NCBI RefSeq assembly: GCF_000017845.1
Contig: NC_010546.1
Span: 1,530,001-1,562,000 of the forward strand
DNA: 32,000 bases
Direction of reading: 5' to 3'
Origin: Crocosphaera subtropica ATCC 51142
Lineage (GTDB): Bacteria; Cyanobacteriota; Cyanobacteriia; Cyanobacteriales; Microcystaceae
How positions within the stretch are numbered: position 1 is the stretch's first letter; the number at the start of each line of letters is the position of its first letter. The notes under the pieces were generated by a model. It saw nothing but the letters and a program-made list of their open reading frames with translations, was not told the DNA's origin and searched no databases. Of the stretch, positions 25,219 through 32,000 are shown one piece after another. Both the position numbers and the translations under genes were made by a program.

Positions 25219-25932
25219 TTATTGATTAGAAAAGTGATCAATGATTTTTATCATTCTTTTCTCTGCTATACCGTCTACTCGACTAACTACATCACTACAA
25301 GACTTAAACATTCCATTTTTTTCTCGTTCATTGATAATTTTTTCAGGAATATTCTTGGGAACTTTAATACGACGTAAATGAGATATAAGCGTTGATAATT
25401 CAAAGGTATTAAGTGCTTCTAAACAGTCAATGGGTTTAGGAAGACGTTCTTTGATTTCTGTGAGTTGCATATTTAGTATTTCAATTTCCCTTTTATAATT
25501 ATCTTTTACCTCTTTAAGTTGTCTTTCAAACCTCGCCTCAATATTATTTAAACGAGATTCCATATTTAAGAGTTTTTGATCGGAATTATCGTTTACTGTT
25601 GGTATAGGTGGTAAAATTTGAGCAGATTTTCGGAAAATTTCTATCTGTGTTTTGATCGCATCTTCTTTGTTGTCTTCAATAATAAAAGCACTGATCATTT
25701 CTCCCTTTCTGGGATCAATTTCTCTTGCTCTTACAGCAGTATAATATTCAAAATATCCAGAGATAACCTGATAAGATTCTGAATTGTTTCCCTCTAATAT
25801 AATAGGGTTAATAATGCCTTCTGCGCTTAAAATTGCTTGGGCAGCTTTGTCGATGTCATCTTCATTAAATTGAGAACGTTCTACTGATGATTGAATTCGT
25901 TTTACAGACACCAATGAAATTAGCAATTTCAT
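25219..25932 (-). CDS. Degenerate ParB N-terminal-domain protein + coiled coil + ComEA-like helix-hairpin-helix domain
   Basis: 237-aa ORF. The N-terminus is collinear with ParB/Spo0J box I-II (VSVKRIQSS..RSQFNEDDIDKAAQAILSAEGIINPIIL....YQVISG), but the GERRxRA arginine patch reads GYFEYYTA. The central coiled coil is LLNMESRLNNIEARFERQLKEVKDNYKREIEILNMQLTEIKERL. The C-terminal HhH pattern is LNTFELSTL...IPEKIINEREKNGMFKSCSDVVSRVDGIAEKRMIKIID. An AGGAGA Shine-Dalgarno lies within the 3' end of the upstream gene. Confidence 0.75.
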   Translation of the reverse strand: MKLLISLVSVKRIQSSVERSQFNEDDIDKAAQAILSAEGIINPIILEGNNSESYQVISGYFEYYTAVRAREIDPRKGEMISAFIIEDNKEDAIKTQIEIFRKSAQILPPIPTVNDNSDQKLLNMESRLNNIEARFERQLKEVKDNYKREIEILNMQLTEIKERLPKPIDCLEALNTFELSTLISHLRRIKVPKNIPEKIINEREKNGMFKSCSDVVSRVDGIAEKRMIKIIDHFSNQ

Positions 25933-25934
25933 AA

Positions 25935-27281
25935 TTATTCTCCTATTTTTTCTAATATTTCATCTGCTAAAATTTCAAACTCTTGTGCTGATTTAGAATT
26001 GGGTTTAAAGTCTAAAACTGAGATAGGTTCAGGAATCTCTATATCTCCTACAATTTGCATTTTTTCAGAACATTTAGCTAAATCATCCCTATCATAAATT
26101 ACAGTTTCCATCATCGGTATTTGATAACGTTGAGGAATAACTTCTAAACGTTTTCTTAGAGTAGATTGTACAAATCTTGCGTTAGTAGATATTTTACAAG
26201 CTAAAATTCCTAAAACTTCGATAGAGTCTTTCTTTATAAATCTTTTTGAACCATCATTTTGCTTAATAAAGTTTTTTACATTTGTGAGTCCCTGATTAGC
26301 AAAAGGTTTTAAATCAGAAGGAATAATTAAATAGTCAGCAGTAATTAAAGCAATACTAGCATATAAATTTAAAGAGGGAGGAGTGTCTATAAGTACAATA
26401 TCATATTTATCTTTTACTTTTTCTAGTTTTTCATTTAAAATAAACCGACTTTGTGCAATAGGAATAAGTTGTTTTTCATATTCCATCAAGTCAATATGAG
26501 AAGGAATAACATGAATCTCAGGATCAGAAAATTGAGATTTTATAGCAACTTCTTCAATACTATAAAAATCTTCTGATTGTAAGATATGAAGAATATTACA
26601 ATCTTTAATATTATCAAATTCTTCATCTTCAAATTTGACTAAACCAGTGGCAAAAGTTGTATTAGCTTGACTATCTAAATCAATGACTAAAACTCGTTTT
26701 CCTTTCTTGCTAAAAGCAGCAGCTAAATTAACAACAGTAGTTGTTTTTCCAACACCACCCTTATTATGATAAACGGCAATAACTTTCATGGGTAATTTTT
26801 TAGACTCCTTAATAGATGTTTGAGAAACTTTAGGAATAGAAAGGGATGAAGAAGTAGAGAACTTTTGACTTAAACTCTCCTTACCAATTAAAGCATTTAT
26901 TTTGCTGATATTGTTAGCAAGGTTTTCCCCTTGACAATAAAAGATAAACTTTAATTTATCTTTTTGCCGTTGATAAATTCGGAATTCTTTACCATTGGTT
27001 AATACCCCATAAAAACTTTGCGTTTGAATCAAATAATGTCCCAAACGACGCACATGATGATCTAAATTTTCTTGAGGGTGTTTCGCTTCAATGACAACAC
27101 AAGAAGAAAAATTCTTCATTTTTTTAGAAGCAACTGTCAAGAAATCTAAGCGAATATTGCCATAGATAACTTCTTGATGCCAATTATCAGAAGAATAACC
27201 TAATTTTGGGAGTAAATATTGAACAATTAGCTTACTCTCTACTTCCCTTTCATTACGACAGGATTTAGGATGAAATTGCAA
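25935..27281 (-). CDS. Fusion protein: HsdR_N-like PD-(D/E)xK restriction-endonuclease-fold domain + ParA/MinD-family deviant Walker-A ATPase
   Basis: 448-aa ORF with a TTG start. Residues ~10-105 read NEREVESKLIVQYLLPKLGY...IRLDFLTVA...CVVIEAKHPQ...YGVLTNGKEFRIYQ. This fits the HSDR_N_2 pattern, with the D...E-x-K residues present. Residues ~165-448 carry KVIAVYHNKGGVGKTTTVVNLAAA (KGGxxGKT), VLVIDLDSQANTT and YDIVLIDTPPSL. Its stop lies 2 nt from the ParB-like start. Confidence 0.8.
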   Translation of the reverse strand: MQFHPKSCRNEREVESKLIVQYLLPKLGYSSDNWHQEVIYGNIRLDFLTVASKKMKNFSSCVVIEAKHPQENLDHHVRRLGHYLIQTQSFYGVLTNGKEFRIYQRQKDKLKFIFYCQGENLANNISKINALIGKESLSQKFSTSSSLSIPKVSQTSIKESKKLPMKVIAVYHNKGGVGKTTTVVNLAAAFSKKGKRVLVIDLDSQANTTFATGLVKFEDEEFDNIKDCNILHILQSEDFYSIEEVAIKSQFSDPEIHVIPSHIDLMEYEKQLIPIAQSRFILNEKLEKVKDKYDIVLIDTPPSLNLYASIALITADYLIIPSDLKPFANQGLTNVKNFIKQNDGSKRFIKKDSIEVLGILACKISTNARFVQSTLRKRLEVIPQRYQIPMMETVIYDRDDLAKCSEKMQIVGDIEIPEPISVLDFKPNSKSAQEFEILADEILEKIGE

Positions 27282-27617
27282 TGGACTATTTCCTCAATAA
27301 CACAAGATAGAGGATAAAATTAAATAAGAATAAGAGTTAGGAACAAGTAAGAATGCAAAATCAACTACTTTTCAACAGTTTATAATTACTATTATCTCTA
27401 AGTATCTACTGAATAGAAAATGGTAAGATTGCTGAAGATTTTAACAGTTTTTTGAGTCTTCCTAAGTAGTTATACATAAACCAGAGAAGTTATATTAAGA
27501 ATGACGACACAGTTAACACACAATCTTAATTTGCTCTTTTTTAGATGATAGTTAACTTAGTTAAATTCCTCATGTTATACTAATTCGTAACTTTTACCAT
27601 AGAGGAGATTAAACTTA

Positions 27618-29750
27618 ATGTCCAGAAAAGAGGCAGATTTTTCCTTAGACGAAGTAGAAGAAAAATATAGAAAATTAGTTCACTTAAATCCCGAAAAAGC
27701 TGAATATCGATATTTCTTAGCAAAAGTATTGTGGGAAAAAGGAGATAAACAAGGAGCTTTTGCTGCTTATCAAAAAACCTTTGCCTTACCCTCTCCTCCT
27801 ACTGAAGCTTATAGAGATTTTGGTAAAATTTTACAAAAAGAATATAATCTCAAAAGATTGATCAATTTTTATACAGAAGGATTAGAACTTCCTTACACAA
27901 AAGTCTTACAATACTTGGATTTCTTAGAAGTTAAAGATTATGAAAAAATCGGAGAAATCTTTGAAAATAAAAAAGAAACTGCTAAACTATGGACAACGTA
28001 TCTGATAGGAATTCAACATCATCCTAGTGCTAAGAGTCTGTATCTTAAATTAATAAAATTGTTTTTAAAAACAGTAGAAACTCTAAATAATAAGTTTAAT
28101 AGACACTTCAAATTAAAACAAACCAATTCAGACCAAAAAACTAAAAAATTAAATTCTCATTCTTTACAAAATGAAGAAATTTGGAACTTGATCAATAGCC
28201 CAAACTTAATGATCAAACAAAATACTACAAAAACAGAAAACAAAAAGCTTGTAAAAAGTTTAATCGTTAACTGTAACTATACAATCATTAACTTAGATAA
28301 TATAACAGATTTACAAAGAAACGAATTAAAGTTATTAGGGATTGAGACTAATTATTTAAAACAAAATCAATATAGTGAACTCATAAAAAGTAAACAAAAA
28401 AATAGTTCCAGCCATGACAATAAACCTCTTGTTGCTGTAGAAGCTGATCAACGTAATCAATTTCAACTATCTTCAATTATTAATCAATATTTTAGTGCTA
28501 TTTGTCCTTATACCGGAAAGGATTTATCTTCTAACCAATCTTTGTTAGTCTTACCTCAAGGATATAACTCTTGGATATTTTATCGTTTTGTAAGTCAGAA
28601 GAATGTTTTTTATATTGCTACAGGAAAACCCGATAGTGGTTTTCCAAAATCTTTTATTTATTTTCCAAAAGAAGAAATAGCGATTATATTATTTGATCAA
28701 TTTAATGAAAAAGACATTAAAGAAGCTATTGAACTCTTCAAAAGAAGCGTGTTCAAAAATTGGAATGATATCAAAAAATACCTTAATAATTCTCTACATA
28801 AACAAGTTATTATCCCGATTAGTTTTTGGCATTTTGCTCATCATTATTGGAATGAGTTAACAGGAATTTATAAACTCTATGATAATGATGTTTTAGAACA
28901 AGTAGATAAATTTTTAGTAGGTACAGAACATTATGGTGAGATTAAAGATATTTTTCCTGAAATACCAGAAAATAAAATTGATAAAATATCGTCTAAATAT
29001 CTGAACAAAGAAATACTTAAAAATAATTATTTTGCTCTAAGAGTCGGTTCAAATTTCATAACAGAAGACTTAGCAAACCGTATTTATAAAGTTTCACGAC
29101 AACAAGCGACCCCTCAGTTTTTATCTGAAATTGAAAGCATCAAAAAAAAGCATTTTCCTTTATTATTAGTCACTATACGATTAGATACAAGGGTTTGGAT
29201 TTCTCAAATTAATGGAATTGTAAATATTGTTAAAAAATTAGCTGAAGACTTTCCTAAAATTGGACTCGTTATCGATGGGTTTTCTTTACCTTGTGGTTTA
29301 GTTGGATTATCTTGGTATTGGGCGCAAAAGTGTATTGAAAAAGAAACACAAGCTAGTTTAGAAATTCGTTCTTTATTACCTGCTGAGATTCCTGTCTATG
29401 ATATTGTTGGTTCTACTTTATACGAAAATGTTATTTGGAATCATGTTATAGATTTATATTTAGCACAACATGGTTCAGCCCAACATAAAATTGGTTGGAT
29501 TGCTAATAAACCAGGGGTTATTCATACTAATAAATCAACTTTTTCTGCTCCTCACTTATTATCAGTAACGACTACAGCAAAAGAAAATAGCATTGAGCCG
29601 ATTCTTATTCCTGAAGAACATATTATTGCTTTAGAAGAAATCCATAAACCAAATAAAAATGATAAACGAAAAAATTTAGAAAACTATGATTGTAATTGGG
29701 AAATTATGTATAATGAACTGTTTAAATTAATTCAAAAAATTAATAATTAG
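27618..29750 (+). CDS. Large orphan protein: N-terminal TPR-like helices, Lys/Asn-rich linker, uncharacterised ~430-aa C-terminal region
   Basis: 710-aa ORF with a strong Shine-Dalgarno (AGAGGAG, 27601-27607). It is transcribed divergently from the nuclease-ParA gene. TPR-like segment: EKYRKLVHLNPEKAEYRYFLAKVLWEKGDKQGAFAAYQKTFAL. I could not assign a family to the C-terminal part. Its motifs FWHFAHHYWNELTG and LLLVTIRLDTRVWISQINGIV...KIGLVIDGFSLP loosely recall GT-B-type transferases. Confidence 0.7.
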   Translation: MSRKEADFSLDEVEEKYRKLVHLNPEKAEYRYFLAKVLWEKGDKQGAFAAYQKTFALPSPPTEAYRDFGKILQKEYNLKRLINFYTEGLELPYTKVLQYLDFLEVKDYEKIGEIFENKKETAKLWTTYLIGIQHHPSAKSLYLKLIKLFLKTVETLNNKFNRHFKLKQTNSDQKTKKLNSHSLQNEEIWNLINSPNLMIKQNTTKTENKKLVKSLIVNCNYTIINLDNITDLQRNELKLLGIETNYLKQNQYSELIKSKQKNSSSHDNKPLVAVEADQRNQFQLSSIINQYFSAICPYTGKDLSSNQSLLVLPQGYNSWIFYRFVSQKNVFYIATGKPDSGFPKSFIYFPKEEIAIILFDQFNEKDIKEAIELFKRSVFKNWNDIKKYLNNSLHKQVIIPISFWHFAHHYWNELTGIYKLYDNDVLEQVDKFLVGTEHYGEIKDIFPEIPENKIDKISSKYLNKEILKNNYFALRVGSNFITEDLANRIYKVSRQQATPQFLSEIESIKKKHFPLLLVTIRLDTRVWISQINGIVNIVKKLAEDFPKIGLVIDGFSLPCGLVGLSWYWAQKCIEKETQASLEIRSLLPAEIPVYDIVGSTLYENVIWNHVIDLYLAQHGSAQHKIGWIANKPGVIHTNKSTFSAPHLLSVTTTAKENSIEPILIPEEHIIALEEIHKPNKNDKRKNLENYDCNWEIMYNELFKLIQKINN

Positions 29751-30065
29751 CCTTTCAGCTTATCCCGAACTCACGTTACTATGGTAAATTACTCAAGTAA
29801 TAACCGTGATATTAAGCGTTAAACAATAATTGTTGAATATTCAACCTTTAGAGAGAGGAATCAGTGTTTTAGGATTGCTATAAATAATTCATAAGCTGGC
29901 TTTGTCTTTCATCCAAAGCTACTTAGCTATTAAACCCATGAATACCAAAAATTGCGAGCATGGTCCGATTATTATTATACCAAATCCGCTTATCATCGTA
30001 GAGTAATCTTCTTTCTCCCTCTGCCTTCTCAAGATGATTGTCTACTATCTAAAGCGGATCTAGTA

Positions 30066-30128
30066 TAAGTACCTGGACAAACAAAACGTTACTGGTTGAG
30101 TGAGGGAGCGGAGGGGTGGGGAGAAGAG
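30066..30128 (-). repeat. Dispersed ~65-bp repeat, copy 3 (inverted orientation)
   Basis: The reverse complement reads CTCTTCTCCCCACCCCTCCGCTCC CTCACTCAACCAGTAACGTTTTGTTTGTCCAGGTACTTA. It is more diverged than copies 1 and 2 but clearly homologous. It lies in the 447-nt gap between the AT-rich block and the bactofilin-like gene. Confidence 0.7.
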
Positions 30129-30197
30129 TTCCGGCTTAGTTACATTTCTTAAGATAGTTAATTTTATTTATGTCCGACCACTTAGGAGCGATCCAAA

Positions 30198-31514
30198 ATG
30201 AAACGATCATCGGTGGCAATTAGACAAAAGCTTTTAATTCTCGTTAGTTTAGTGCTTCTAGTCGGACTGTTTTTAGTTTCATCCCTTGGAGCGATGAAAA
30301 ATCGAAGAGGAGAACAGATCACCATCGCTCAAAATGAAATTATTGACGACGATCTATATGTGTTTGGTGCGATGGTAACAATCGACGGTACGGTAAGAGG
30401 GGATGTTATTGGAGCGGGTCGGCAAATTACCGTTAATGGCACGGTTGAAGGGGATCTCGTTGCTGCAGGTCAGGCCATAGTGATCAACGGCACCGTCAAT
30501 GACGACGCACGAATTGCGGGTCAGGTTTTGCAGATAGGCACTAATGCTCGCATTGCTGATGATCTCGTGGCAGCTGGTGGCAGTTTCGAGAGCAAAACCG
30601 GTAGCACGATCGCCGGAGATTTGTCATTTGCAGCGGCGCAAGCACGGTTAATGGGAACGGTACAGCAGCAGGTGAAAGGGACAATGGCTGCTCTGGAACT
30701 AGGGGGTACGGTCGGTCAAAATATGAATGTTACTATAGGTAGCGATCGCCCTTTAGTCGATCCTCCCTTCACTCCACCCTCTCCTGTTGCCATTCCAGTC
30801 GTCGCAACCGGGTTAACTATTACTGACTTCGCTCAAATTGGAGGCGAGTTAAACTACCGCTCTGGCAGTGAAGCAACCATCAGTTCGGCTGCCCAAATTG
30901 CAGGAGGAGTTAATCGAGAGGGGATCAAACCTGCAACCGCTAGACATACAGTTGAACCTGCTTTAGTGGTATGGGGAAACGTGCAACGTTGGATTACATT
31001 GTTCTTGGTTGGCGTATTGGGATTGTGGCTGGTTCCAGGTTGGATTCAACAGCTAGGCACCACGGTTCAGGCTAAACCCTTACCTAGCCTCGGTTGGGGA
31101 ATAGTGACGGGTTTGATTGTTGGGACTTTGGCGATCGCCGTTCCCGTGATAACCATTATCCTGACAGCTATTTTAGGCTCCTTCCTCTGGAATCTAGTGC
31201 CGTTAATTATGGGTGTTGGACTGTTAACCAATTCAATCTTGGTGATTGGTTTCTTGTTATTTATCAGTTATGTGCCTCCTATTGTTGTTAGTTTTCTGGG
31301 GGGACAATGGTTATTGCACTCCGTTAAGGGCAATGGGTTCTCGAAGCGGATTGTTAAACTTGCTGTTGGCCTACTAATATTCGTATTCCTAAGTGCCATT
31401 CCTCTGTTGGGGGGATTAATTTATCTGATTGTCATCCTGCTTGGTTTAGGCTCACTCTGGATTTTGCTGCAAAACCGTTCCCCATCCAGTCTCAATTATA
31501 GAGAAAATTATTGA
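30198..31514 (+). CDS. Membrane-anchored bactofilin-like (polymer-forming beta-helix repeat) protein
   Basis: 438-aa ORF with a TAGGAG Shine-Dalgarno. It has an N-terminal TM helix and about 200 aa of bactofilin/DUF583-like repeats (VFGAMVTIDGTVRGDVIGAGRQITVNGTVEGDLVAAGQAIVINGTVNDDARIAGQVLQIG). About 5 C-terminal TM helices follow. Confidence 0.75.
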   Translation: MKRSSVAIRQKLLILVSLVLLVGLFLVSSLGAMKNRRGEQITIAQNEIIDDDLYVFGAMVTIDGTVRGDVIGAGRQITVNGTVEGDLVAAGQAIVINGTVNDDARIAGQVLQIGTNARIADDLVAAGGSFESKTGSTIAGDLSFAAAQARLMGTVQQQVKGTMAALELGGTVGQNMNVTIGSDRPLVDPPFTPPSPVAIPVVATGLTITDFAQIGGELNYRSGSEATISSAAQIAGGVNREGIKPATARHTVEPALVVWGNVQRWITLFLVGVLGLWLVPGWIQQLGTTVQAKPLPSLGWGIVTGLIVGTLAIAVPVITIILTAILGSFLWNLVPLIMGVGLLTNSILVIGFLLFISYVPPIVVSFLGGQWLLHSVKGNGFSKRIVKLAVGLLIFVFLSAIPLLGGLIYLIVILLGLGSLWILLQNRSPSSLNYRENY

Positions 31515-31531
31515 AATCAAGGAGACTAACT

Positions 31532-31891
31532 ATGATTGAATACCGAAACAATCCTGACAACAACATTGTGGAAATTAGCGTCGCAGGAAAAATTACCGAA
31601 CAAGACCTTGATCAGATTGTCTCTCGCTTAAAAACTGATATTGAGAAACATGACAAACTGAGAATTCTTGAAGAAATTCGCAGCTTTGATGGCATTGATC
31701 CCATCGCCCTTTGGAAAGATGTGCGATTTGGGTTTGGCTACATCAATAATTTTACCCATGCGGCTGTTGTCGCTGATGCCAAGTGGATGCGAACCTTTGC
31801 CGAAGCAGTGGGCAGCATTTTGTCTGCGGAGGTGAAAGCCTTTGAAACTTCAGAAATAGAAACTGCCAGAATGTGGCTTTCTAAATCATAA
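31532..31891 (+). CDS. STAS/SpoIIAA-like (SEC14-type, DUF3478-like) domain protein
   Basis: Start set at ATG 31532, preceded by AAGGAG; the track uses TTG 31511. MIEYRNNPDNNIVEISVAGKITEQDLDQIVSRLKTDIEKHDKLRILEEI..FDGI...WKDVRFGF..INNFTHAAVVADAKWM matches the SpoIIAA-like family pattern. Confidence 0.7.
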   Translation: MIEYRNNPDNNIVEISVAGKITEQDLDQIVSRLKTDIEKHDKLRILEEIRSFDGIDPIALWKDVRFGFGYINNFTHAAVVADAKWMRTFAEAVGSILSAEVKAFETSEIETARMWLSKS

Positions 31892-31922
31892 ACGGTTGAT
31901 TATTCACAAGAAGGTAATAAAG

Positions 31923-32000
31923 ATGACGAATCTACAAGTAAAAAAAGTAATAGGAAAGAAATTTACTTTAAATGAGAAGGTTATTAAGACATTTCAAGAA
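31923..32000 (+). CDS. 5' fragment of an unidentified ORF running off the window
   Basis: ATG at 31923 (MTNLQVKKVIGKKFTLNEKVIKTFQE...), open to the window end. Only 26 codons are visible. Confidence 0.25.
   Translation, partial: MTNLQVKKVIGKKFTLNEKVIKTFQE

Noticed and set aside
25219-27281. The ParA/ParB-like pair as a McdA/McdB carboxysome-positioning system.
   Set aside because: No carboxysome (ccm) genes are nearby. As I recall the described McdB proteins, they are disordered/coiled-coil proteins with a conserved C-terminal Trp, and they lack both a ParB N-domain and an HhH. This protein ends in HFSNQ. McdA has no nuclease-fold extension.
29832-29845. A perfect 14-bp palindrome, GTTGAATATTCAAC, in the gap after the 710-aa gene.
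   Set aside because: By my rough estimate, a few perfect 14-bp A/T-rich palindromes are expected by chance in 32 kb of this composition. There is no second copy and no obvious associated regulator.
24004-30128. A classical tRNA-integrated genomic island with att direct repeats.
   Set aside because: I found no integrase or recombinase ORF and no copy of the tRNA-Arg 3' end at the distal side. There is only a chance 8-mer, GAGTCCCT, at about 26287. In addition, ridA, which has normal composition and a HIP1 site, lies between the tRNA and the AT-rich block. The block may still be foreign, but the integration mechanism is unsupported.
30198-31514. Visibly higher G+C in the bactofilin-like gene as evidence for separate horizontal transfer.
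   Set aside because: The gene contains two HIP1 octamers (30742, 31131), as native DNA does. Its Gly/Ala/Val-rich repeat composition alone raises G+C.
1-32000. A search for CRISPR arrays, rRNA genes, transposases, group II introns and toxin-antitoxin pairs.
   Set aside because: I saw no regularly spaced 25-40-bp direct repeats, no rRNA-like conserved stretches and no DDE, serine or tyrosine recombinase motifs in any ORF. The only tandem repeats are the 7-bp arrays (8285-8337) and the 21-bp coding repeats (24956-25039).

Overview
The window is cyanobacterial chromosome. The HIP1 octamer GCGATCGC occurs about 20 times by my count, and psbY, an hli gene, crtH and a helical carotenoid protein are present. 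It is AT-rich and resembles unicellular Cyanothece/Crocosphaera-type genomes, though I cannot name the species.

Positions 1-24.5 kb are mostly housekeeping or conserved genes:
- a REC-PAS-GGDEF-EAL signalling protein, ggt, a VOC-family protein and a gamma-carbonic-anhydrase-like protein
- psbY and pyrF
- a three-gene ECF-type transporter, with a fused double ATPase and an S component of unknown substrate
- pgsA and crtH
- a GAF-histidine-kinase-like protein whose phospho-acceptor His is replaced
- an ABC1 kinase and a stand-alone OCP N-terminal-domain homologue (HCP)
- an ArnT-like GT39 plus PAP2 operon
- gpmA, an HLIP gene with an HLR1 (RpaB-type) motif, a pentapeptide-repeat membrane protein, tRNA-Arg(ACG) and ridA

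Positions 24.5-29.8 kb are the most unusual part. This is a markedly AT-rich block with no HIP1 site. It encodes:
- a translationally coupled pair: a PD-(D/E)xK (HsdR_N-like) domain fused to a ParA/MinD ATPase, and a degenerate ParB N-terminal domain joined to a coiled coil and a ComEA-like HhH domain
- a tail-anchored coiled-coil protein built from 21-bp repeats, and a small 2-TM protein
- a divergent 710-aa TPR-led orphan protein

I saw no integrase, transposase, CRISPR array or rRNA anywhere in the window.

A roughly 65-bp dispersed repeat (a C/T-rich head plus the core CTCACT..CAGTAACGTTT..GTCCAGGTACTTA) occurs three times. One copy lies at the distal edge of the AT-rich block.

The window ends with a membrane-anchored bactofilin-like protein and a STAS/SpoIIAA-like protein.

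Three real small genes fall below the ORF-track length cutoff: psbY, hli and a 54-aa ORF. Several track ORFs are antisense shadows.
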